Below, piece by piece: positions 38,582 to 47,096 of a stretch of DNA of 64,000 bases. Position numbers and translations under genes: made by a program. Where the stretch lies: positions 39,441 through 103,440 of the forward strand of contig CALNXZ010000003.1 of the NCBI GenBank assembly GCA_942490655.1, written 5' to 3'. The first letter of the stretch is position 1. The number at the start of each line of letters is the position of its first letter. This DNA is from an uncultured Gammaproteobacteria bacterium (GTDB lineage Bacteria > Pseudomonadota > Gammaproteobacteria > Steroidobacterales > Woeseiaceae). The notes under the pieces are model-generated. The model was not told the DNA's origin. It ran no database searches and worked only from the letters and a program-made list of their open reading frames with translations.

Positions 38582-40147
38582 ATGCGAAAACGAGCTACTC
38601 GCACACGACGAGGCGGCAGCGCTGCACGCAGGGCCGTCAAAGCGACGTCCTCTGCTGCGAGTGCCGTTCGCCCGGGGCAGAGCGGCGGACAGTATCGCCC
38701 GCTCAGTGACGCCGACATCCAGCGTATCTATGCGACGGCTCTGGATATTCTTGAAAACATCGGCATCGGTGAGCCGATACCCGAGATACTGCACTACGCA
38801 TTGCCGAAAGGCTGCCTGCTCAACGACAAGGGTCGACTGTGTTTTCCGCGTGCGCTGGTCGAAGACCTGATCGCAATTTCTCCTAAAGAATATCCGCTGT
38901 ATGCACCGAACTCTGCCAATGACCTCACCGTCGGCGCCGAGAAGGTCTTGTTCTGCACGTCCGGGGAAGCGGTTACGGTGCTTGATTACGAAACGCAGAA
39001 ATTTCGGCCGACAAAGCTGACCGATCTTTATGATGCGGCGCGGCTCGCCGATCAACTCGAGCACATACACAACTTCGGCCAGCCTTTCATCGCTGCGGAA
39101 TACAGCGGTGATGTGTATGTGCATGACCTCAATATTGCCTATGCCGAACTCGCCGGCACGAACAAGTCTTTCGCACTCGGCATCGCGGTTGTGGACCACA
39201 TCGAACCGATCATCTCGCTGTTCGATATGTACCTCGGCAAAGAAGGCGCGTTTCTTGAGAGACCGTTTTGCACCTTCGGCGGATGTCCTATCGTCTCGCC
39301 GTTGCGATTTGGCGAGGAGAACGCTGAAGTGCTGGTGAAAGTTGCCGAATTGGGCCTTGTCGCCGATATCGCGGTCGCGCCACAGGCGGGAGCCACCTCG
39401 CCGGCGGCGCTGGCCGGAACGCTGGCGCAGTGTTTTGCCGAAACGCTCGCTTGCATGTGCGTCGTCAATCTCGTGCGTCCCGGTACACCGATCAATTTCG
39501 GTATGTGGCCGTTTATTTCCGATCTCCGGACGGGCGCGTTTTCAGGTGGTAGCGGCGAAGAAGCTCTGATAACAGCCGCGACGGCGCAACTCTGCAACCA
39601 CTTCGGTTTCACAACCAGCGTCGGTGCCGGCATGACGGACTCCAAGACCGTCGACGTGCAGGCGGGTTACGAAAAAGGACTCACAATGTTGTCCGCCGCG
39701 CTTTCAGGTGCGAACCTCATTGCGGCCTACCCGGGTATCGTTGGCAGCCTGATCGGTCAGTCATTCGAAGGCATGATCATCGACAATGACATGCTCGGCA
39801 ATGTGCAACGGATACTGCGAGGCATCGAGGTCAACGACGAAACATTGTCTTACGACGTCATCAAGAACACGGTCGAGGGGGCAGGGCATTATCTCGGCAG
39901 CGCGCAGACCCTGGAACTGATGAACACCGAATTCCTGTACCCGGAAGTTGCTGATCGCCTGACGCCGGGCGCCTGGGTGGATGCAGGATGCAAGACCTTG
40001 TATGAGCAGGCGCATGTGCGTGTTCGTGACATGCTCAAAGACTACTATCCAAGTTATATTCATCCTGATGCAGACAAACGCATTCGGGATAACTTCCCCA
40101 TCCGGTTGCGACCGGAGGACATGAAGGCCGGAAACGGCCGTTGGTAA
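38582..40147 (+). CDS. MttB-superfamily (non-pyrrolysine) methyltransferase, paralog 1
   Basis: 521 aa, uninterrupted with no internal TAG. The Arg-rich N-terminus RKRATRTRRGGSAARRA is followed by LSDADIQRIY..ALDILENIGI. The TIM-barrel-length body is homologous to the ORFs at 45569 and 47097. Confidence 0.8.
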   Translation: MRKRATRTRRGGSAARRAVKATSSAASAVRPGQSGGQYRPLSDADIQRIYATALDILENIGIGEPIPEILHYALPKGCLLNDKGRLCFPRALVEDLIAISPKEYPLYAPNSANDLTVGAEKVLFCTSGEAVTVLDYETQKFRPTKLTDLYDAARLADQLEHIHNFGQPFIAAEYSGDVYVHDLNIAYAELAGTNKSFALGIAVVDHIEPIISLFDMYLGKEGAFLERPFCTFGGCPIVSPLRFGEENAEVLVKVAELGLVADIAVAPQAGATSPAALAGTLAQCFAETLACMCVVNLVRPGTPINFGMWPFISDLRTGAFSGGSGEEALITAATAQLCNHFGFTTSVGAGMTDSKTVDVQAGYEKGLTMLSAALSGANLIAAYPGIVGSLIGQSFEGMIIDNDMLGNVQRILRGIEVNDETLSYDVIKNTVEGAGHYLGSAQTLELMNTEFLYPEVADRLTPGAWVDAGCKTLYEQAHVRVRDMLKDYYPSYIHPDADKRIRDNFPIRLRPEDMKAGNGRW

Positions 40148-40171
40148 TCACTAACCCGGTAGCGCAAAACT

Positions 40172-40867
40172 ATGTCGCAAGATAATAACGATGAAATCAT
40201 TCTGTCCGAGCTTTCTGACGAAGAGCTGGTCGAGCAAATGTTTGACGATCTTTACGATGGGTTGGCCGAAGAGATCGCCGAAGGTACACAGATACTTCTC
40301 GATCGCGGCTGGGAAGCCAAGAAAGTGCTGGATGAAGCATTGGTCGCCGGCATGACTATCGTTGGCATCGATTTTCGTGACGGCATACTGTTTGTGCCCG
40401 AGGTCCTGCTGGCTGCCAATTCCATGAAAGCCGGTATGGCGCTATTGAAACCGATACTCACTTCAACGGGTGCCGAGCCGGTTGGCAAACTCGTCATCGG
40501 CACGGTCAAAGGCGACATTCATGATATCGGCAAAAACCTTGTCGGTATGATGATGGAAGGCGCCGGATTCGAAGTCGTTGATCTCGGCATCAATACCGAC
40601 GTTGACACCTACCTCGCAGCGCTCAAAGAGCATCGCCCGAACATACTCGGCATGTCTGCGCTGCTCACGACGACCATGCCGTATATGAAGGTGGTTGTTG
40701 ATGCGCTGATCGAGCAGGGTATTCGCGACGATTACATCGTCATGGTCGGGGGCGCGCCCTTGAATGAAGAGTTTGGCCAGGCTGTAGGTGCGGACGCCTA
40801 TTGCCGGGATGCGGCCACAGCCGTGGAAGTCGCCAAGAAACTCGTACTCAAACAGCGCGCCTCCTGA
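40172..40867 (+). CDS. cobalamin-binding corrinoid protein (MtbC/MtgC-like)
   Basis: 231 aa. Helical cap followed by a Rossmann B12 domain with the DxHxxG motif (GDIHDIGKN), MSALLTTT and GGAP. Confidence 0.85.
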   Translation: MSQDNNDEIILSELSDEELVEQMFDDLYDGLAEEIAEGTQILLDRGWEAKKVLDEALVAGMTIVGIDFRDGILFVPEVLLAANSMKAGMALLKPILTSTGAEPVGKLVIGTVKGDIHDIGKNLVGMMMEGAGFEVVDLGINTDVDTYLAALKEHRPNILGMSALLTTTMPYMKVVVDALIEQGIRDDYIVMVGGAPLNEEFGQAVGADAYCRDAATAVEVAKKLVLKQRAS

Positions 40868-40898
40868 TAGTTGCTGTGGCGCTCACGGCGACAGGTTG

Positions 40899-41501
40899 AT
40901 GCAAGAAAGCGTACTTCTAATCGCCTGCGGCGCGCTCGCCAAAGAGCTGGTCGAAATCAAGCGGCTGAACGCCTGGCAGCACATTCGCATCCAGTGCCTG
41001 CCTGCGGAGCTGCACAATCGACCGGAGAAAATTCCTGCGGCGGTCAGGGACGAAATCAGGAAATACCAGTCCGAGTATGAGGTGATATTTGTGGCGTACG
41101 CCGATTGCGGTACGGGTGGATTGCTGGACAAGACCCTGGCCGAGTTCGGAATTGAGCGTTTGCCGGGCGCACATTGCTATGAATTCTTCAGTGGCACGAA
41201 AACGTTTATGGATCTCGCGGACGAAGAGCCCGGGACCTTTTACCTTACAGACTTTCTGACGCGACATTTCGATCGTCTGGTGAAGGTTGGCCTGGGTCTC
41301 GACAAACATCCGGAATTGATGTCAGCCTATTTTGGTAACTACCGTCGCCTGGTCTATTTGTCGCAATCAGCGTCGCCGGAACTTGCGGCGGCCGCGCAAA
41401 CGCATGCTGAGTTTCTTGGGCTCGAGTATGTTCACAAACACACAGGGCTGGGTCCTGTGACAGGAAAATTGAAGGAGCAGTCTGTGCTATGGCGAAGTTG
41501 A
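40899..41501 (+). CDS. DUF1638-like protein
   Basis: Internal ATG at 40899. LLIACGALAKEL...LPAELHNRPEKIP..VAYADCGTGG resembles DUF1638, a family seen in corrinoid methyltransferase clusters. Function unknown. Confidence 0.6.
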   Translation: MQESVLLIACGALAKELVEIKRLNAWQHIRIQCLPAELHNRPEKIPAAVRDEIRKYQSEYEVIFVAYADCGTGGLLDKTLAEFGIERLPGAHCYEFFSGTKTFMDLADEEPGTFYLTDFLTRHFDRLVKVGLGLDKHPELMSAYFGNYRRLVYLSQSASPELAAAAQTHAEFLGLEYVHKHTGLGPVTGKLKEQSVLWRS

Positions 41502-41827
41502 TCTGTATTTATTGGCGGGACATTCCTGCCCAGGTGCTTGGCCGCGCGGGTCGCACGAACAGTTTCAAGAAAGAATTGGCGCCACGATTTGCCAAGGCGA
41601 TTGATCGCGCGGCGATGCGTGCCGGGCGCGGATCGAGTGACGCCTATCTTGAGGACTGGCGAAGAGTGGCGGAGGAACTCGACGGTGATCTGGAAGCGGC
41701 TGTCATCGCGCGGGTCGCGGATCTGGAAGCGCAGTTTGATGAAGAATTTCTCGAGGCTGTCGTTAAGGCAGGCGGTTTAATCGATGTCGCGAAGCAACGC
41801 GCACAGGAAAAAGGCACCGCAACATGA
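41489..41827 (+). CDS. small conserved protein, PF13769 ('virulence factor' domain)-like
   Basis: 112 aa. YWRDIPAQV...FAKAIDRAAM..G..SSDAYLEDWRR. It overlaps both neighbours. The family assignment is from memory only. Confidence 0.45.
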   Translation: MAKLICIYWRDIPAQVLGRAGRTNSFKKELAPRFAKAIDRAAMRAGRGSSDAYLEDWRRVAEELDGDLEAAVIARVADLEAQFDEEFLEAVVKAGGLIDVAKQRAQEKGTAT

Positions 41828-42726
41828 CCAATACGGTAATCAGTTCTCGGACGAAAGAGGTTGTGATCGGTTTTGAGCAACCGTTCAGAGTCATCGGTGA
41901 GCGCATCAATCCGACCGGCCGCAAATTATTGGCGGAGGAAATGAAAAACGGTGACTACAGCCGCGTCGAGGCCGATGCACTGGCCCAGGTAGCCGCGGGT
42001 GCGCATATCCTTGATGTCAACGCCGGCATTCCGCTGGCTGACGAACCCGCGATACTCGCGAAATCCATCCAGTTGGTGCAGTCCATTACTGATGTGCCGC
42101 TGTGTATCGATTCGTCCATCGTTGCGGCGCTTGAGGCCGGTCTCGCTGTTTACGAAGGCAAGGCACTGCTGAACTCCGTGACCGGCGAGGAAGAGCGCCT
42201 CGAAGCTGTGTTGCCGCTGGTCAAGAAATACGGCTGTGCAGTGATCGCCATATCAAATGATGACAGTGGCATCTCTGAAGACATCAACGTGCGCTTCAAT
42301 GTGGCGAAGAAGATCGTCGAGCGCGCACAGGATTACGGCATACCCGCCAGCGACGTCGTAGTCGATCCGCTGGTCATGCCGATCGGCGCGATCAATACGG
42401 CGGGTCGGCAGGTGATGGCGCTCGTGCAGCGCTTGCGCGACGAGCTAAAGGTCAACACGACCTGCGGCGCGTCAAACCTGAGCTTCGGCCTGCCCAATCG
42501 CAATGGCCTGAACACAGCGTTCATTAGCATGGCCATCTCGAGCGGCATGACTTCGGCGATAACGAACCCACTGCATGCGGAAATCATGCAATCCGTGCGC
42601 GGCGCTGATGTCGTTATGGGTCACGATCCCGAATGTGCAAACTGGATTTCCGTCAACCGCGATCCGAATGCCGAGACCCGTGAGCGACGGGGTCGTCGCG
42701 GTGGTCGCAGTCGTGGCCGCAGCTGA
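41824..42726 (+). CDS. methyltetrahydrofolate:corrinoid methyltransferase (pterin-binding, MtrH/AcsE-like)
   Basis: 300 aa. IGERINPTGRK, LDVNAG, LNSV and SNLSFGLPNR motifs of the pterin-binding barrel. Arg-rich C-tail RERRGRRGGRSRGRS. Confidence 0.8.
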   Translation: MTNTVISSRTKEVVIGFEQPFRVIGERINPTGRKLLAEEMKNGDYSRVEADALAQVAAGAHILDVNAGIPLADEPAILAKSIQLVQSITDVPLCIDSSIVAALEAGLAVYEGKALLNSVTGEEERLEAVLPLVKKYGCAVIAISNDDSGISEDINVRFNVAKKIVERAQDYGIPASDVVVDPLVMPIGAINTAGRQVMALVQRLRDELKVNTTCGASNLSFGLPNRNGLNTAFISMAISSGMTSAITNPLHAEIMQSVRGADVVMGHDPECANWISVNRDPNAETRERRGRRGGRSRGRS

Positions 42727-42734
42727 CACAGTCG

Positions 42735-44711
42735 ATGGGCGATAAAACTCAACAAGATGCATTGGTCGTGTTTATGCCGTCAGGCAAGCGTGGCCGGTTT
42801 CCGTTGTTGACGCCGGTTTTGAGCGCAGCGCGCAGTTTGGGTGTTGATATCGATTCGGTGTGCGGTGGGCGCGCAATTTGTGGACGCTGCCAGATCGAAG
42901 TCGCCGAAGGTGAGTTCTCCAAGCACGGTATTTCCTCGACCGAGGCCAGCGTGACGCCAGCTGCAGAATCGGAGCAGCGCTTCGATACTCGTCGTGGTCT
43001 CGCCAGCGGGCGGCGGTTGAGTTGCCAGGCCTTGTTGCAGAGCGACGTCGTGATTGACGTTCCGGCAAGCTCACAAGTCCATCAGCAGGTTGTACGCAAA
43101 CCGCACGAAGCGCACGACATCACGATTGACCCCGTCGTGCACGCCTACTTTGTTGACGTTGCCGAGCCTGATATGCACGCGGCAATGGGTGATCAGGAAC
43201 GATTGCTGCAAGCACTCGACGAACAATGGCAGATGTCGAATCTGTCCACGGAATTGTGCGCATCGCAGGATTTACAGGCGGCTTTGAAGGCGGGCAAGCG
43301 GCAGGTGACAGTCGCGGTTAGACATGGCGAACGCGTCATCGCCGTCTGGCCGGGGCTTAAGGAAAAATTGCTCGGCATGGCCGTCGATGTGGGCTCGACA
43401 ACCATCGCTGCGCATCTGTGCGACCTGACCAGTGGTGAGGTGTTGGCGAGCGCCGGTGTGATGAATCCGCAAATTCGTTATGGCGAAGATCTCATGAGTC
43501 GAGTCTCATACATCATGATGAACGCGGGCGGCGAGAAAGACCTGATTTCCTCCGTACGCAAAGCGATTAACGAACTGGTGCTCGACGTTGCGGCAGCGGC
43601 AGAAGTCGAAACGACGGATATCGTGGAAATGACAGTGGTTGGCAATCCGATCATGCAACACCTGGTGCTGGGACTAAACCCTGTCGAACTGGGTACAGCA
43701 CCGTTCGCGTTGGTGACCGACAACAGCGTTGACGTTCTGGCATCGATGATCGCCATCAATATTAATCCAGGCGGGCACGTTTACGCGCTGCCGTGTATCG
43801 CGGGCCACGTTGGTGCCGATGCGGCGGGCGTGTTGCTGGCCGAAGCGCCGTTTGAACGCGATGACGTGTCGTTGATCGTCGACGTTGGTACGAATGCCGA
43901 GCTACTGCTCGGTAACAAGAAACGTATGCTGGCCGCATCGAGTCCTACTGGCCCCGCGTTTGAGGGTGCGCAGATCAGTTCGGGCCAGCGTGCAGCCCCC
44001 GGAGCAATCGAACGCGTTCGAATCGACAGGAAGACCCTGGAACCGAGGTTCAAAGTGATCGGCTGTGATTTGTGGTCGGACGATCCGGCGTTCGAAGCAG
44101 CAACGCAAAAAACGGGCGTCACGGGAATTTGTGGCTCCGGCATTATTGAAGTCGTCGCAGAGATGGTACTGGCGGGTGTACTGAGCCACGACGGCAAAAT
44201 ACGAAATCATGAGAGCACCGTATCGTCGCGTGTTGTCCCGGATGGGCGAACCTTTGCTTACGTATTGCATGCAGGTCAGCAGGATATCCGTGTAACCCAA
44301 AACGATGTGCGCGCCATTCAGCTTGCGAAAGCGGCGTTGCATGCCGGTGCCAAGCTGCTGATGGAGCGTTACGGAGTGGAGCGCGTGGATCGAATACGTC
44401 TGGCCGGCGCGTTTGGCGCGCATATTGATGTTAAGTACGCGATGGTGCTGGGACTGATACCGGAGTGCGACCTTTTGCAGGTTTCATCGGCCGGCAATGG
44501 CGCGGGGACCGGCGCGAGAATCGCGTTGCTAGACAGGCAGTCAAGAGCGTTGGTTGAATCTGAGGTGCGTAAGGTCGAGAAGATCGAAACTGCGATCGAA
44601 GCTCGCTTCCAGGAGCACTTCGTTGCGTCGATGGCGATTCCGGGCGGCGCCTCGGAGTCGAGTCCACGCCCGATACGACGCGGTCGACGCGGAGCGCGCA
44701 AAGCGAAATGA
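42735..44711 (+). CDS. corrinoid reductive activase (2Fe-2S ferredoxin domain plus ASKHA ATPase, RACE/DUF4445 type)
   Basis: 658 aa. Plant-type ferredoxin CGGRAICGRCQ..C. Later VDVGSTT and DVGTNAE ASKHA phosphate motifs. Arg-rich C-tail RRGRRGARKAK. Confidence 0.8.
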   Translation: MGDKTQQDALVVFMPSGKRGRFPLLTPVLSAARSLGVDIDSVCGGRAICGRCQIEVAEGEFSKHGISSTEASVTPAAESEQRFDTRRGLASGRRLSCQALLQSDVVIDVPASSQVHQQVVRKPHEAHDITIDPVVHAYFVDVAEPDMHAAMGDQERLLQALDEQWQMSNLSTELCASQDLQAALKAGKRQVTVAVRHGERVIAVWPGLKEKLLGMAVDVGSTTIAAHLCDLTSGEVLASAGVMNPQIRYGEDLMSRVSYIMMNAGGEKDLISSVRKAINELVLDVAAAAEVETTDIVEMTVVGNPIMQHLVLGLNPVELGTAPFALVTDNSVDVLASMIAININPGGHVYALPCIAGHVGADAAGVLLAEAPFERDDVSLIVDVGTNAELLLGNKKRMLAASSPTGPAFEGAQISSGQRAAPGAIERVRIDRKTLEPRFKVIGCDLWSDDPAFEAATQKTGVTGICGSGIIEVVAEMVLAGVLSHDGKIRNHESTVSSRVVPDGRTFAYVLHAGQQDIRVTQNDVRAIQLAKAALHAGAKLLMERYGVERVDRIRLAGAFGAHIDVKYAMVLGLIPECDLLQVSSAGNGAGTGARIALLDRQSRALVESEVRKVEKIETAIEARFQEHFVASMAIPGGASESSPRPIRRGRRGARKAK

Positions 44712-45559
44712 AACTACCGTTGTCCGAAGCGGAACGGCTGGCGCTGGCCAAATCGGTCCACGATGCCTACATGGAAATATTTCCAACCGACACGATTGAA
44801 GAGAAGCTCGATGTGCTTGAGCCGGGTTCTTATGTTGCGGTTACCTGTTCTCCAAGCAAGGGGATCGATGTCACTCTGGACATGTCGCAGCGTATCGCCG
44901 CTCGAGGATTCAGGGTCGTGCCACATATCGCGGCAAAAATGGTCAGAGACGAGGCACACCTGCGCGAAATTCTGGCGCGCCTCAACGACATGCCTATCGT
45001 CAGCCTTTTCGTACCGGGTGGCGATGCGACCAGGCCGGCAGGCAAGTACGGAAAGGCACTCGATCTGTTGCGCGACATAGCCGAGTTCGAGCATCGTTTC
45101 GATGACATTGGCGTGGCCGCACATCCGGAAGGACATCCCGCGGTGAGCAAGGAGTTGTTGCTCGAAGAGCTAGCTGGAAAGCAAGAGTTTTCCAACTACA
45201 TCGTCACACAAATGTGTTTCGATGCCACGATCATTAGTTCCTGGGTTCGTGAGGTACGCGAAGCAGGCATTACCCTCCCGGTCTGGCTGGGTCTGCCGAG
45301 TGTCTCGGACCGGGGTACACTAATGACAACGTCGCTCAGAATCGGAGTGGGTAACTCTCTGCGCTATCTGAAGAACCACGGCAAGATCGCAGCGCGGATG
45401 CTGCGTAACAAAGAGTACAGGCCGGATGACCTGCTGTACGATCTTGCGCCGACTCTCGCCGATGCCAAGCTCAATATTCAGGGCCACCATATCTATTGCT
45501 TCAACCAGGTTGAAAAGGCGGAGCAATGGCGGCGGCAATTTTTGACGGACCTGCAGTGA
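44708..45559 (+). CDS. metF: methylenetetrahydrofolate reductase family protein
   Basis: 283 aa with an ATGA overlap with the upstream gene. The MTHFR-like barrel sequence (EIFP..VTCSP.., VPHIAA.., FVPGGD, AAHPEGHP) was recognised by eye. Confidence 0.65.
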   Translation: MKLPLSEAERLALAKSVHDAYMEIFPTDTIEEKLDVLEPGSYVAVTCSPSKGIDVTLDMSQRIAARGFRVVPHIAAKMVRDEAHLREILARLNDMPIVSLFVPGGDATRPAGKYGKALDLLRDIAEFEHRFDDIGVAAHPEGHPAVSKELLLEELAGKQEFSNYIVTQMCFDATIISSWVREVREAGITLPVWLGLPSVSDRGTLMTTSLRIGVGNSLRYLKNHGKIAARMLRNKEYRPDDLLYDLAPTLADAKLNIQGHHIYCFNQVEKAEQWRRQFLTDLQ

Positions 45560-45568
45560 CGATACGAC

Positions 45569-47083
45569 ATGACGCGACGTAGCCACAGAGAAAAACGAGT
45601 TGCCAATACGATTCAGCAGCTGCCCTGGCGCGAGATCGTCAATCCCTATGGCGCTACCGATGTCATTGCCGACGATCAGGTCGAGCGCATCATAGATAGT
45701 GCTTTTACTGTGCTCGAGAATCAGGGCATGCGATTTCTCGAACCCGGTAGTCGCGAGCAGTTGGTCCGCGGTGGTGCGGATGTCAATGACGACACCATGA
45801 TGGTTCGCTTCGATCGCAACCTGGTTCGGGAGAAGCTGGCATTGGCGCCGTCGGCGTTCGGATTGCAGGCGAGAAACCCGGATCGAAATCTGCATATCGG
45901 TGGCAATAATGTCGTTTTTGTTTCTGTCGGTGGGCCGGCATTTTGCAGCGATCTCGACAAAGGGCGACGGCCCGGTACCTACGCGGAAATGTGCGACTAT
46001 CTCAGATTGATACAGAGCCTGAATATCGTTCACCAGGAAGGCGGCGGAGCCTTCGAGTCCATGGACCTGCCGGCAGAAACACGGCACCTCGATCTGTATC
46101 TTGCGCAACACCGACTGACCGACAAGAATTGCCAGTCCTATGCGCTGGGCAGGCAACGCACGATCGATTCCATCGAGATGGCGTGCATTGCGCTGGCAAC
46201 CACTCGGGCAGAACTGATGCGCAACCCGGCACTGCTCGCCATCATCAATACGAATTCGCCGATGCAGCTCGACATCCCGATGACTGAAGCCGTGCAGGAG
46301 CTCGCGGGAGCGGGCCAAGTGTGTTGTATCACGCCGTTCACACTGGCAGGTTCCATGAGTCCGGCAACGATCGCGGGCACGCTCGTGCAACAGACGGCGG
46401 AGGTGCTGGCCGTCGTCACGTACGCGCAAATGGTGCGACCTGGCGCGCCCGTGATGTACGGATGTTTCGCATCCAACGTTGACATGCGCAGTGGCTCGCC
46501 GGCGCTCGGCACGCCGGAGTACACGAAGGCGGCACAGGCGAGCGGGCAGATTGCGCGGCGCCTCGGTCTGCCGTATCGCTCGAGCAATACCACGGTATCC
46601 AATTGCGTGGATGCGCAATCCGCCTACGAAAGCCAGATGTCTTTGTGGGGAGCGATTATGGGCGGCGCCCATCTCGTCAACCATGCGGCCGGCTGGCTAG
46701 AAGGCGGACTGACAGCGTCGTTCGAGAAACTAATCATCGACGCCGAAATGTTGCAGATGATGGCCGAGTATTTGCGGCCTATTGTTATGAATGATGATGA
46801 GCTTGCGTTGGATGCGATTGCAGAAGTCGGGCCGGGCGGTCATCACTTCGGGACGAGCCACACTCTGGCGCGATACGAATCTGCGTTCTATACACCGATC
46901 GTCTCGAACCGACAGAATTTCGAAGCCTGGCAAGAGGCGGGCAGCATAGACGCCGCCAAACGTGCCAACTTTATATGGAAACAACTCCTAACAGAGTACC
47001 AGCAGCCCGCGCTTGATGCGGCGATTGACGAAGCCCTGGCCGACTACGTAGCAAGGCGAAAACTGGAACTCGGTAACAACTAG
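45569..47083 (+). CDS. MttB-superfamily (non-pyrrolysine) methyltransferase, paralog 2
   Basis: 504 aa, uninterrupted. The basic N-terminus TRRSHREKR is followed by QQLPW. Homologous blocks are shared with the other two paralogs (e.g. [19 protein letters not shown]). Confidence 0.8.
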   Translation: MTRRSHREKRVANTIQQLPWREIVNPYGATDVIADDQVERIIDSAFTVLENQGMRFLEPGSREQLVRGGADVNDDTMMVRFDRNLVREKLALAPSAFGLQARNPDRNLHIGGNNVVFVSVGGPAFCSDLDKGRRPGTYAEMCDYLRLIQSLNIVHQEGGGAFESMDLPAETRHLDLYLAQHRLTDKNCQSYALGRQRTIDSIEMACIALATTRAELMRNPALLAIINTNSPMQLDIPMTEAVQELAGAGQVCCITPFTLAGSMSPATIAGTLVQQTAEVLAVVTYAQMVRPGAPVMYGCFASNVDMRSGSPALGTPEYTKAAQASGQIARRLGLPYRSSNTTVSNCVDAQSAYESQMSLWGAIMGGAHLVNHAAGWLEGGLTASFEKLIIDAEMLQMMAEYLRPIVMNDDELALDAIAEVGPGGHHFGTSHTLARYESAFYTPIVSNRQNFEAWQEAGSIDAAKRANFIWKQLLTEYQQPALDAAIDEALADYVARRKLELGNN

Positions 47084-47096
47084 AGCGATAAGAATT

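Noticed and set aside
45320-46684. 454-aa ORF on the minus strand, antisense to MttB paralog 2
   Set aside because: The translation is Arg/His/Gly-rich low-complexity sequence with no recognisable motif. It lies entirely inside a well-supported plus-strand gene. This is the typical shadow ORF of GC-rich coding DNA.
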